Of a stretch of DNA of 64,000 nt, positions 1-14,300 are shown one piece after another; position 1 is the first letter of the stretch; every line of letters begins with the position of its first letter. The stretch comes from Eledone cirrhosa (taxonomy: Eukaryota): the NCBI GenBank assembly GCA_964016885.1, contig OZ024740.1, forward strand, positions 7,564,001 to 7,628,000, read 5' to 3'. Both the position numbers and the translations under genes were made by a program. The notes under the pieces are model-generated. The model saw only the letters and a program-made list of their open reading frames with translations. It searched no databases and was not told where the DNA came from.

Positions 1-3000
1 CAGTTTCGGTTGGTATGTCAGTTTCTATTGGTATATCAGTTTCGATTGGTATATCAGTTTCGATTAGTATGTCAGTTTCTATTGGTATGTCAGTTTCGAT
101 TAGTATATCAGTTTGGATTGGTATGTCAATAACAATTGGTATATCAGTTTCGATTAGTATGTCAGTTTCGATTGGTATATCAGTTTCGATTGGTATGTCA
201 GTTTCGATTAGTATATCAGTTTCTATTGGTATGTGAGTTTCTATTGGTATATCAGTTTCGATTGGTATATCAGTTTCGATTAGTATGTCAGTTTCTATTG
301 GTATGTCAGTTTCGATTAGTATGTCAGTTTCGATTGGTATATCAGTTTCGATTGGTATATCAGTTTCTATTGGTATATCAGTTTCTATTGGTATGTCAGT
401 TTTGATTGGTATAGCAGTTTCTTTTGGTATGTCAGTTTCGATTGGTATGTCAGTTTCTATTGGTATATCAGTTGCGATTGGTATGTCAGTTTCTAAAGGT
501 ATGTCAGTTTCGATTATTATATCAGTTACTATTGGTATGTCAGTTTCTATTAGTATATCAGTTTCGATTGGTATATCAGTTTCGATTGGTATGTCAGTTT
601 CGATTGGTATATCAGTTTCTATTGGCATAACAGTTTAGATTGATATATCAGTTTCGATTAGTATGTCAGTTTCTATTGGTATATCAGTTTCGATTGTTAT
701 ATCAGTTTCGATTGCTATATCAGTTTCGATTGGTATGTCAGTTTCTATTGGTATATCAGTTTCTATTGGTATGTCAGTTTCGATTGGTATCTCAGTTTCG
801 ATTGGTATGTCAATTTCGATTGGTATATCAGTTTCGATTAGTATGTTAGTTACTATTGGTATGTCAGTTTCCATTAGTATATTAGTTTCTATTGGTTTGT
901 CAGTTTCGATTGGTATATCAGTTTCTATTGGTATATCAGTTTCGATTGGTATGTCAATTTCGAATGGTATATCAGTTTCGATTATTATGTCAGTTTCGAT
1001 TGTTATGTCAGTTTCGATTAGTATATCAGTTTCTATTGGTATGTCAGTTTCTATTGGTATATCAGTTTCGATTGGTATATCAGTTTCGATCAGTATGTCA
1101 GTTTCTATTGGTATGTCAGTTTCGATTATTATATCAGTTTCGATTGGTATGTCAGTTTCGATTGGCATGTCAATTTTAAATAGTATATCAGTTTCTATTG
1201 GTATATTAGTTTCTATTGGTATATCAGTTTCGATAGGTATATCAGTTTCGTTCGGTATGTCAGTTTCGATTGGTATATCAGTTTCTATTGCTATATCTGT
1301 TTCTATTGGTATGTCAGTTTCGATTGGTATGTCAGTTTCTATTGGTATGTCAGTTTCGATTGGTATGTCAGTTTCGATTGGTATATCAGTTCGATTGATA
1401 TGACAGTGTCGATTGGTATATCAGTTTTGATTAGTATGTCAGTTTCTATTGGTATGTAAGTTTCGATTATTATATCAGTTACTATTAGTATGTCAGTTTC
1501 GATTGGTATGTCATTTTCGATTGGTATATCAGTTTCTATTGGTATGACAGTTTCGATTGGTATATCAGTTTCGAATGGTATATCAGTTTCGATTGGTATA
1601 TCAGTTTCGATTAGTATGTCAGTTTCTATTGGTATGTCAGTTTCGATTTGTATATCAGTTTCGATTAGTATGTCAGTATCTATTGGTATCTCAGTTTCGA
1701 TTAGTATGTCAGTTTCGATTGGTATATCAGTTTCGATTGGTATATCAGTTTCTATTGGTATATCAGTTTCTATTGGTATGTCAGTTTTGATTGGTATAGC
1801 AGTTTCTATTGGTATGTCAGTTTCGATTGGTATGTCAGTTTCTATTGGTATATCAGTTTAGATTGGTATGTCAGTTTCTATTGGTATGTCAGTTTCGATT
1901 ATTATATCAGTTACTATTGGTATGTCAGTTTTGATTGGTATGTCAGTTTCTATTGGTATATCTGTTTTGATTGGTATGTCAGTTTCGATTAGTATATCAG
2001 TTTCTATAGGTATGTCAGTTTCTATTCGTATATCAGTTTCGATTGGTATATCAGTTTCGATTGGTATGTCAGTTTCGATTGGTATATCAGTTTCTATTGG
2101 TATAACAGTTTAGATTGATATATCAGTTTCGATTAGTATGTCAGTTTCTATTGGTATATCAGTTTCGATTGTTATATCAGTTTCGATTGGTATATCAGTT
2201 TCGATTGGTATGTCAGTTTCTATTGGTATATCAGTTTCTATTGGTATGTCAGTTTCGATTGGTATGTCAGTTTCGATTGGTATGTCAATTTCGATTGGTA
2301 CATCAGTTTCGATTAGTATGTCAGTTACTATTGGTATATCAGTTTCGATTGGTATATCTGTTTCGATTGGTATGTCAGTTTCTATTGTTATATCAGATTC
2401 GATTAGTACGTCAGTTTCGATTAGTATATCAGTTTCTATTGCTATGTCAGTTTCGATTGGTATATCAATTTCTATTGGTATATCAGTTTCTATTGGTATG
2501 TCAGTTTTTATTGGTATATCAGTTTCTATTGGTATGTCAGTTTCGATTGTTATGTCAGTTTCTATTGGTATACCAGTTTCGATTGGTATGTTAGTTTCTA
2601 TTGGTATGTCAGTTTCGATTAGTATATCAGTTTCTATTTGTTTGTCAGTTTCGATTGGTATATCAGTTTCTATTGGTATATCAGTTTCGATTGGTATGTC
2701 AATTTCGATAGGTATGTCTGTTTCTATTGGTATAACAGTTTCGGTTGGTATGTCAGTTTCTATTGGTATATCAGTTTCGATTGGTATATCAGTTTCGATT
2801 AGTATGTCAGTTTCTATTGGTATGTCAGTTTCGATTAGTATATCAGTTTGGATTGGTATGTCAATAACAATTGGTATATCAGTTTCGATTAGTATGTCAG
2901 TTTCGATTGGTATATCAGTTTCGATTGGTATGTCAGTTTCGATTAGTATATCAGTTTCTATTGGTATGTGAGTTTCTATTGGTATATCAGTTTCGATTGG

Positions 3001-5443
3001 TATATCAGTTTCGATTAGTATGTCAGTTTCTATTGGTATGTCAGTTTCGATTAGTATGTCAGTTTCGATTGGTATATCAGTTTCGATTGGTATATCAGTT
3101 TCTATTGGTATATCAGTTTCTATTGGTATGTCAGTTTTGATTGGTATAGCAGTTTCTTTTGGTATGTCAGTTTCGATTGGTATGTCAGTTTCTATTGGTA
3201 TATCAGTTGCGATTGGTATGTCAGTTTCTAAAGGTATGTCAGTTTCGATTATTATATCAGTTACTATTGGTATGTCAGTTTCTATTAGTATATCAGTTTC
3301 GATTGGTATATCAGTTTCGATTGGTATGTCAGTTTCGATTGGTATATCAGTTTCTATTGGCATAACAGTTTAGATTGATATATCAGTTTCGATTAGTATG
3401 TCAGTTTCTATTGGTATATCAGTTTCGATTGTTATATCAGTTTCGATTGCTATATCAGTTTCGATTGGTATGTCAGTTTCTATTGGTATATCAGTTTCTA
3501 TTGGTATGTCAGTTTCGATTGGTATCTCAGTTTCGATTGGTATGTCAATTTCGATTGGTATATCAGTTTCGATTAGTATGTTAGTTACTATTGGTATGTC
3601 AGTTTCCATTAGTATATTAGTTTCTATTGGTTTGTCAGTTTCGATTGGTATATCAGTTTCTATTGGTATATCAGTTTCGATTGGTATGTCAATTTCGAAT
3701 GGTATATCAGTTTCGATTATTATGTCAGTTTCGATTGTTATGTCAGTTTCGATTAGTATATCAGTTTCTATTGGTATGTCAGTTTCTATTGGTATATCAG
3801 TTTCGATTGGTATATCAGTTTCGATCAGTATGTCAGTTTCTATTGGTATGTCAGTTTCGATTATTATATCAGTTTCGATTGGTATGTCAGTTTCGATTGG
3901 CATGTCAATTTTAAATAGTATATCAGTTTCTATTGGTATATTAGTTTCTATTGGTATATCAGTTTCGATAGGTATATCAGTTTCGTTCGGTATGTCAGTT
4001 TCGATTGGTATATCAGTTTCTATTGCTATATCTGTTTCTATTGGTATGTCAGTTTCGATTGGTATGTCAGTTTCTATTGGTATGTCAGTTTCGATTGGTA
4101 TGTCAGTTTCGATTGGTATATCAGTTCGATTGATATGACAGTGTCGATTGGTATATCAGTTTTGATTAGTATGTCAGTTTCTATTGGTATGTAAGTTTCG
4201 ATTATTATATCAGTTACTATTAGTATGTCAGTTTCGATTGGTATGTCATTTTCGATTGGTATATCAGTTTCTATTGGTATGACAGTTTCGATTGGTATAT
4301 CAGTTTCGAATGGTATATCAGTTTCGATTGGTATATCAGTTTCGATTAGTATGTCAGTTTCTATTGGTATGTCAGTTTCGATTTGTATATCAGTTTCGAT
4401 TAGTATGTCAGTATCTATTGGTATCTCAGTTTCGATTAGTATGTCAGTTTCGATTGGTATATCAGTTTCGATTGGTATATCAGTTTCTATTGGTATATCA
4501 GTTTCTATTGGTATGTCAGTTTTGATTGGTATAGCAGTTTCTATTGGTATGTCAGTTTCGATTGGTATGTCAGTTTCTATTGGTATATCAGTTTAGATTG
4601 GTATGTCAGTTTCTATTGGTATGTCAGTTTCGATTATTATATCAGTTACTATTGGTATGTCAGTTTTGATTGGTATGTCAGTTTCTATTGGTATATCTGT
4701 TTTGATTGGTATGTCAGTTTCGATTAGTATATCAGTTTCTATAGGTATGTCAGTTTCTATTCGTATATCAGTTTCGATTGGTATATCAGTTTCGATTGGT
4801 ATGTCAGTTTCGATTGGTATATCAGTTTCTATTGGTATAACAGTTTAGATTGATATATCAGTTTCGATTAGTATGTCAGTTTCTATTGGTATATCAGTTT
4901 CGATTGTTATATCAGTTTCGATTGGTATATCAGTTTCGATTGGTATGTCAGTTTCTATTGGTATATCAGTTTCTATTGGTATGTCAGTTTCGATTGGTAT
5001 GTCAGTTTCGATTGGTATGTCAATTTCGATTGGTACATCAGTTTCGATTAGTATGTCAGTTACTATTGGTATATCAGTTTCGATTGGTATATCTGTTTCG
5101 ATTGGTATGTCAGTTTCTATTGTTATATCAGATTCGATTAGTACGTCAGTTTCGATTAGTATATCAGTTTCTATTGCTATGTCAGTTTCGATTGGTATAT
5201 CAATTTCTATTGGTATATCAGTTTCTATTGGTATGTCAGTTTTTATTGGTATATCAGTTTCTATTGGTATGTCAGTTTCGATTGTTATGTCAGTTTCTAT
5301 TGGTATACCAGTTTCGATTGGTATGTTAGTTTCTATTGGTATGTCAGTTTCGATTAGTATATCAGTTTCTATTTGTTTGTCAGTTTCGATTGGTATATCA
5401 GTTTCTATTGGTATATCAGTTTCGATTGGTATGTCAATTTCGA
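1..5443. repeat. HOR block A: tandem duplication with 2735-bp period (152 monomers minus 1 bp)
   Basis: Position 1 (CAGTTTCGGTTGG) recurs at 2736. Identical ORF-track translations are offset by 2735 (136/2871, 285/3020, 663/3398, 2115/4850). Identity ends near 2708/5443. Confidence 0.93.
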
Positions 5444-8399
5444 ATGGTATATCAGTTTCGATTAGTATGTCAGTTTCTATTGGTATATCAGTTTCGATTG
5501 GTATATCTGTTTCGATTGGTATGTCAGTTTCGATTGGTATGTCAGTTTCGATTAGTATATCAGTTTCTATTGGTATGTCAGTTTCTATTGGTATATCAGT
5601 TTCGATTGGTATATCAGTTTCGATTAGTATGTCAGTTTCTATTGGTATGTCAGTTTCGATTAGTATAACAGTTTAGATTGGTATATCAGTTTCTATTGGT
5701 ATGACAGTCTCGATTGGTATATCAGTTTCGATTGGTATATCAGTTTCGATTGGTATATCAGTTTCTATTGGTATATCAGTTTCTATTGGTATGACAGTTT
5801 CGATTGCTATATCAGTTTCGATTGGTATGTCAGTTTGGATAGGTATGTCAGTTTCGATTGGTATGTCAGTTTCGATTGGTATGTCAATGTCGATTGGTAT
5901 ATCAGTTTCGATTGGTATATCAGTTTCGATTGGTATGTCAGTTTCGATAGGTATGTCAGTTTCGATTGGTATGTCAGTTTCGATTGGTAAGTCAGTTTCG
6001 ATTGGTATGTCAATTTCGATTGGTATATCAGTTTCGATTAGTATGTCAGTTTCGATTGGTATATCAGTTTCGATTGGTATCTCAGTTTTGATTAGTATGT
6101 TAGTTTCTATTGGTATGTCAGTTTCTATTGGTATATCAGTTTCGGTTGGTATATCAGTTTTGATTAGTATGTCAGTTTCTATTGGTATGTCAGTTTCGAT
6201 TAGTATATCAGTTTCTATTGATATGTCAGTTTCGATTGGTATGTCAGATTCTATTAGTATATCAGTTTCGATTGGTATATCAGTTTCGATTGGTATATCA
6301 GTTTCTATTGCTATATCTGTTTCTATTGGTATGTCAGTTTCGATTGGTATGTCAGTTTCTATTGGTATGTCAGTTTCGATTGGTATGTCAGTTTCGATTG
6401 GTATATCAGTTCGATTGATATGACAGTGTCGATTGGTATATCAGTTTTGATTAGTATGTCAGTTTCTATTGGTATGTAAGTTTTGATTATTATATCAGTT
6501 ACTATTAGTATGTCAGTTTCGATTGGTATGTCATTTTCGATTGGTATATCAGTTTCTATTGGTATGACAGTTTCGATTGGTATATCAGTTTCGATTGGTA
6601 TATCAGTTTCGATTGGTATGTCAGTTGCGATTGGTATGTCAATTTCGATTGGTATATTAGTTTCGATTAGTATGTCAGTTTCTATTGGTATATCAGTATC
6701 TATTGGTATGTCAGTTTCGATAGGTATGTCTGTTTCTATTGGTATATCAGTTTCGACTGGTATATCAGTTTCGATTAGTATGTCAGTTTCTATTGGTATG
6801 TCAGTTTCGATTAGCATATCAGTTTGGATTGGTATGTCAATTACAATTGGTATATCAGTTTCGATTAGTATGTCAGTTTCGATTGGTATATCAGTTGCGA
6901 TTGGTATGTCAATTTCGATTGGTATATTAGTTTCGATTAGTATGTCAGTTTCTATTGGTATATCAGTAGCTATTGGTATGTCAGTTTCGATTGGTATGTC
7001 TGTTTCTATTGGTATATCAGTTTCGATTGGTATATCAGTTTCGATTAGTATGTCAGTTTCTATTGGTATGTCAGTTTCGATTAGTATATCAGTTTAGAAT
7101 GGTATATCAGTTTTGATTGGTATATCAGTTTCGATTGGTATATCAGTTTCTATTGGTATATCAGTTTCTATTGGTATGACAGTTTCGATTGGTATATCAG
7201 TTTCGATTGGTATGTCAGTTCGGATAGGTATGTCAGTTTCGATTGGTATGTCAGTTTTGATTGGTATGTCAATTTCGATAGGTTTATCAGTTTCGATTGG
7301 TATATCAGTTTCGATTGGTATGTCAATTTCGATTGGTATCTCAGTTTTAATCAGTATATTAGTTTCTATTGGTATGTCGGTTTCTAATGGTATATCAGTT
7401 TCGATTGGTATGTCAGTTTCGATTAGTATGTCAGTTTCTATTGGTATGTCTGTTTCGATTAGTATATCAGATTCTATTGGTATATCAGTTTTGATTGGTA
7501 TATCAGTTTCGATTGGTATATCAGTTTCTATTGGTATATCAGTTTCTATTGGTATGTCAGTTTTGATTGGTATATCAGTTTTGATTGGTATGTCAATTTC
7601 GATTGGTATATTAGTTTTGATTAGTATGTCAGTTTCTATTGCTATATCAGTTTCTATTGCTATGTCAGTTTCGATTGGTATGTCAGTTTCTATTGGTATA
7701 TCAGTCTCGATTGGTATGTCAGTTTCGATTGGTATATCAGTTCGATTGGTATGTCAGTTTCTATTGGTATGTAAGTTTCGAATATTATATCTGTTACTAT
7801 TAGTATGTCAGTTTCGATTGGTTTGTCAGTTTCGATTGGTATATCAGTTTCTATTGGTATGACAGCTTCGATTGGTATATCAGTTTCGATTGGTATATCA
7901 GTTTCGATTGGTATGTCAAATTCGATTGGTATGTCAATTTCGATTGGTATGTTAGTTTCGATTAGTATATCAGTTTCTATTGGTATATCAGTATCTAGTG
8001 GTATTTCAGTTTCGATAGGTATGTCTGTTTCTATTGGTATAACAGTTTCGATTGGTATGTCAGTTTCTATTGGCATGTCAGTTTCAATTATTATATCAGT
8101 TACTATTGGTATGTCAGTTTCGATTGGTATGTCAGCTTATATTGGTATATCAGTTTCTATTGGTGTGACAGTTTCGATTGGTATATCAGTTTGGATTGGT
8201 ATGTCAAATTGGATTGGTATGTCAGTTTGGATTGGTATGTCAGTTTCGATTGGTATGTCAATTTCGATTGGTATATCAGTTTTGATTAGTATGTCAGTTT
8301 CTATTGGTATCTCAGTTTCGATTGGTATATCAGTTTCGATTGGTATAGCAGTTTCGATTGGTATATCAGTTTCGACTGGTATATCAGTTTCGATTGGTA

Positions 8400-11300
8400 T
8401 GTCAGTTTCGATTAGTATATCAGTTTCTATTGGTATGTCAGTTTCTATTGGTATATCAGTTTCGATTGGTATATCAGTTTCGATTAGTATGTCAGTTTCT
8501 ATTGGTATGTCAGTTTCGATTAGTATATCAGTTTCTATTGGTATGTCAGTTTCTATTGGTATATCAGTTTCGATTGGTATATCAGTTTCTATTGATATGT
8601 CAGTTTCTATTGGTATGTCAGTTTTGATTGGTATATCAATTTCTATTGGTAAGTCAGTTTCGATTAGTATGTCAGTTTCTATTGGTATATCAGTTTCGAT
8701 TGGTATGTCAGTTTCTATTGGTATGTCAGTTTTGATTTTTATATCAGTTACTATTGGTATGTCAGTTTCGATTGGTATGTCAATTTCTATTGGTATATGT
8801 GTTTCGATTGGTATGTCAGTTTCGATTAGTATATCAGTTTCTATTGGACTGTCAGTTTCCATTGATATATCAGTTTCGTTTGGTATATCAGTTTCTATTG
8901 GTATGTGAGTTTCGATTGGTATGTCAGTTTCTATTGGTATATCAGTTGTGATTGATATATCAGTTTCGATTAGTATGTCAGTTTCTAATGGTATGTCAGT
9001 TTTGATTAGTATATCAGTTTCTATTGGTATGTCAGTTTCGATTGGTATGTCAGTTTCTATTGGTATATCAGTTTCGATTGGTATATCAGTTTCGATTGGT
9101 ACGTCAGTTTGGATTGGTATGTCAATTTCAATTGGTATATCAGTTTCGATTAGTATGTCAGTTTCTATTGGTATATATGTTTCAATTGGTATATCTGTTT
9201 CGATTGGTATGTCAGTTTCGATTGGTATATCAGTTTCGATTGGTATGTCAGTTTCGATTAGTATATCAGTTACTATTGGTATGTGAGTTTCTATTGGTAT
9301 ATCAGTTTCGACTGGTATATCAGTTTCGATTAGTATGTCAGTTTCTATTGGCATGTCAGTTTCGATTAGTATATCAGTTTCTATTGGTTGTCTGTTTCGA
9401 TTGGTATGTCAGTTTAGATTGGTATATCAGTTTCTATTGGTATGACAGTTTCGATTGGTATATCAGTTTCGATTGGTATGTCAGTTTCGATTGGTATGTC
9501 AGTTTCGGTTGGTATGTCAGTTTCGATTGGTATTTCAATTTCGATTGGTATATCAGTGTCGATTGGTATATCAGTTTCGATTGGTATCTCAGTTTTGATT
9601 AGTATATTAGTTTCTATTGGTATGTCGGTTTCTATTGGTATATCAGTTTCGATTGTTATATCAGTTTCGATTAGTATGTCAGTTTCTATTGGTATGTCAG
9701 TTTCGATTAGTATGTCAGTTTCGATTGGTATATCAGTTTCGATTGGTATATCAGTTTCTATTGGTATATCAGTTTCTATTGGTATGTCAGTTTTGATTGG
9801 TATAGCAGTTCCTATTGGTATGTCAGTTTCGATTGGTATGTCAGTTTCTATTGGTATATCAGTTTCGATTGGTATGTCAGTTTCTATTGGTATGTCAGTT
9901 TCGATTATTATATCAGTTACTATTGGTATGTCAGTTTTGATTGGTATGTCAGTTTCTATTGGTATATCTGTTTCGATTGGTATGTCAGTTTCGATTAGTA
10001 TATCAGTTTCTATAGGTATGTCAGTTTCTATTAGTATATCAGTTTCGATTGGTATATCAGTTTCGATTGGTATGTCAGTTTCGATTGGTATATCAGTTTC
10101 TATTGGTATATCAGTTTAGATTGATATATCAGTTTCGATTAGTTTGTCAGTTTCTATTGGTATATCAGTTTCGATTGTTATATCAGTTTCGATTGGTATA
10201 TCAGTTTCGATTGGTATGTCAGTTTCTATTGGTATATCAGTTTCTATTTTATGTCAGTTTCGATTGGTATGTCAGTTTCGATTGGTATGTCAATTTAGAT
10301 TAGTATATCAGTTTCGATTAGTATGTCAGTTACTATTGGTATATCACTTTCGATTGGTATATCTGTTTCGATTGGTATGTCAGTTTCTATTGTTATATCA
10401 GATTCGATTAGTACGTCAGTTTTGATTAGTATATCAGTTTCTATTGCTATGTCAGTTTCGATTGGTATATCAGTTTCTATTGGTATATCAGTTTCTATTG
10501 GTATGTCAGTTTTTATTGGTATATCAGTTTCGATTGGTATATCAGTTTCGATTAGTATGTCAGTTTCTATTGGTATGTCAGTTTCGATTAGTATATCAGT
10601 TTCTATTGGTATGTCAGTTTCTATTGGTATATCAGTTTCGATTGGTATATCAGTTTCTATTGGTATGTCAGTTTCTATTGGTATGTCAGTTTTGATTGGT
10701 ATATCAATTTCTATTGGTAAGTCAGTTTCGATTAGTATGTCAGTTTCTATTGGTATATCAGTTTCGATTGGTATGTCAGTTTCTATTGGTATGTCAGTTT
10801 TGATTTTTATATCAGTTACTATTGGTATGTCAGTTTCGATTGGTATGTCAATTTCTATTGGTATATGTGTTTCGATTGGTATGTCAGTTTCGATTAGTAT
10901 ATCAGTTTCTATTGGACTGTCAGTTTCCATTGATATATCAGTTTCGTTTGGTATATCAGTTTCTATTGGTATGTCAGTTTCGATTGGTATGTCAGTTTCT
11001 ATTGGTATATCAGTTGTGATTGATATATCAGTTTCGATTAGTATGTCAGTTTCTAATGGTATGTCAGTTTTGATTAGTATATCAGTTTCTATTGGTATGT
11101 CAGTTTCGATTGGTATGTCAGTTTCTATTGGTATATCAGTTTCGATTGGTATATCAGTTTCGATTGGTACGTCAGTTTGGATTGGTATGTCAATTTCAAT
11201 TGGTATATCAGTTTCGATTAGTATGTCAGTTTCTATTGGTATATCTGTTTCAATTGGTATATCTGTTTCGATTGGTATGTCAGTTTCGATTGGTATATCA

Positions 11301-14300
11301 GTTTCGATTGGTATGTCAGTTTCGATTAGTATATCAGTTACTATTGGTATGTGAGTTTCTATTGGTATATCAGTTTCGACTGGTATATCAGTTTCGATTA
11401 GTATGTCAGTTTCTATTGGCATGTCAGTTTCGATTAGTATATCAGTTTCTATTGGTTGTCTGTTTCGATTGGTATGTCAGTTTAGATTGGTATATCAGTT
11501 TCTATTGGTATGACAGTTTCGATTGGTATATCAGTTTCGATTGGTATGTCAGTTTCGATTGGTATGTCAGTTTCGATTGGTATGTCAGTTTCGATTGGTA
11601 TTTCAATTTCGATTGGTATATCAGTGTCGATTGGTATATCAGTTTCGATTGGTATCTCAGTTTTGATTAGTATATTAGTTTCTATTGGTATGTCGGTTTC
11701 TATTGGTATATCAGTTTCGATTGTTATATCAGTTTCGATTAGTATGTCAGTTTCTATTGGTATGTCAGTTTCGATTAGTATGTCAGTTTCGATTGGTATA
11801 TCAGTTTCGATTGGTATATCAGTTTCTATTGGTATATCAGTTTCTATTGGTATGTCAGTTTCGATTGGTATGTCAGTTTCTATTGGTATATCAGTTTCGA
11901 TTGGTATGTCAGTTTCTATTGGTATGTCAGTTTCGATTATTATATCAGTTACTATTGGTATGTCAGTTTTGATTGGTATGTCAGTTTCTATTGGTATATC
12001 TGTTTCGATTGGTATGTCAGTTTCGATTAGTATATCAGTTTCTATAGGTATGTCAGTTTCTATTAGTATATCAGTTTCGATTGGTATATCAGTTTCGATT
12101 GGTATGTCAGTTTCGATTGGTATATCAGTTTCTATTGGTATATCAGTTTAGATTGATATATCAGTTTCGATTAGTTTGTCAGTTTCTATTGGTATATCAG
12201 TTTCGATTGTTATATCAGTTTCGATTGGTATATCAGTTTCGATTGGTATGTCAGTTTCTATTGGTATATCAGTTTCTATTGGTATGTCAGTTTCGATTGG
12301 TATGTCAGTTTCGATTGGTATGTCAATTTCGATTAGTATATCAGTTTCGATTAGTATGTCAGTTACTATTGGTATATCACTTTCGATTGGTATATCTGTT
12401 TCGATTGGTATGTCAGTTTCTATTGTTATATCAGATTCGATTAGTATGTCAGTTTTGATTAGTATATCAGTTTCTATTGCTATGTCAGTTTCGATTGGTA
12501 TATCAGTTTCTATTGGTATATCAGTTTCTATTGGTATGTCAGTTTTTATTGGTATATCAGTTTCGATTGGTATATCAGTTTCGATTAGTATGTCAGTTTC
12601 TATTGGTATGTCAGTTTCGATTAGTATATCAGTTTCTATTGGTATGTCAGTTTCTATTGGTATATCAGTTTCGATTGGTATATCAGTTTCTATTGGTATG
12701 TCAGTTTCTATTGGTATGTCAGTTTTGATTGGTATATCAATTTCTATTGGTAAGTCAGTTTCGATTAGTATGTCAGTTTCTATTGGTATATCAGTTTCGA
12801 TTGGTATGTCAGTTTCTATTGGTATGTCAGTTTTGATTTTCATATCAGTTACTATTGGTATGTCAGTTTCGATTGGTATGTCAATTTCTATTGGTATATG
12901 TGTTTCGATTGGTATGTCAGTTTCGATTAGTATATCAGTTTCTATTGGACTGTCAGTTTCCATTGATATATCAGTTTCGTTTGGTATATCAGTTTCTATT
13001 GGTATGTCAGTTTCGATTGGTATGTCAGTTTCTATTGGTATATCAGTTGTGATTGATATATCAGTTTCGATTAGTATGTCAGTTTCTAATGGTATGTCAG
13101 TTTTGATTAGTATATCAGTTTCTATTGGTATGTCAGTTTCGATTGGTATGTCAGTTTCTATTGGTATATCAGTTTCGATTGGTATATCAGTTTCGATTGG
13201 TACGTCAGTTTGGATTGGTATGTCAATTTCAATTGGTATATCAGTTTCGATTAGTATGTCAGTTTCTATTGGTATATCTGTTTCAATTGGTATATCTGTT
13301 TCGATTGGTATGTCAGTTTCGATTGGTATATCAGTTTCGATTGGTATGTCAGTTTCGATTAGTATATCAGTTACTATTGGTATGTGAGTTTCTATTGGTA
13401 TATCAGTTTCGACTGGTATATCAGTTTCGATTAGTATGTCAGTTTCTATTGGCATGTCAGTTTCGATTAGTATATCAGTTTCTATTGGTTGTCTGTTTCG
13501 ATTGGTATGTCAGTTTAGATTGGTATATCAGTTTCTATTGGTATGACAGTTTCGATTGGTATATCAGTTTCGATTGGTATGTCAGTTTCGATTGGTATGT
13601 CAGTTTCGATTGGTATGTCAGTTTCGATTGGTATTTCAATTTCGATTGGTATATCAGTGTCGATTGGTATATCAGTTTCGATTGGTATCTCAGTTTTGAT
13701 TAGTATATTAGTTTCTATTGGTATGTCGGTTTCTATTGGTATATCAGTTTCGATTGTTATATCAGTTTCGATTAGTATGTCAGTTTCTATTGGTATGTCA
13801 GTTTCGATTAGTATGTCAGTTTCGATTGGTATATCAGTTTCGATTGGTATATCAGTTTCTATTGGTATATCAGTTTCTATTGGTATGTCAGTTTTGATTG
13901 GTATAGCAGTTCCTATTGGTATGTCAGTTTCGATTGGTATGTCAGTTTCTATTGGTATATCAGTTTCGATTGGTATGTCAGTTTCTATTGGTATTTCAGT
14001 TTCGATTATTATATCAGTTACTATTGGTATGTCAGTTTTGATTGGTATGTCAGTTTCTATTGGTATATCTGTTTCGATTGGTATGTCAGTTTCGATTAGT
14101 ATATCAGTTTCTATAGGTATGTCAGTTTCTATTAGTATATCAGTTTCGATTGGTATATCAGTTTCGATTGGTATGTCAGTTTCGATTGGTATATCAGTTT
14201 CTATTGGTATATCAGTTTAGATTGATATATCAGTTTCGATTAGTTTGTCAGTTTCTATTGGTATATCAGTTTCGATTGTTATATCAGTTTCGATTGGTAT

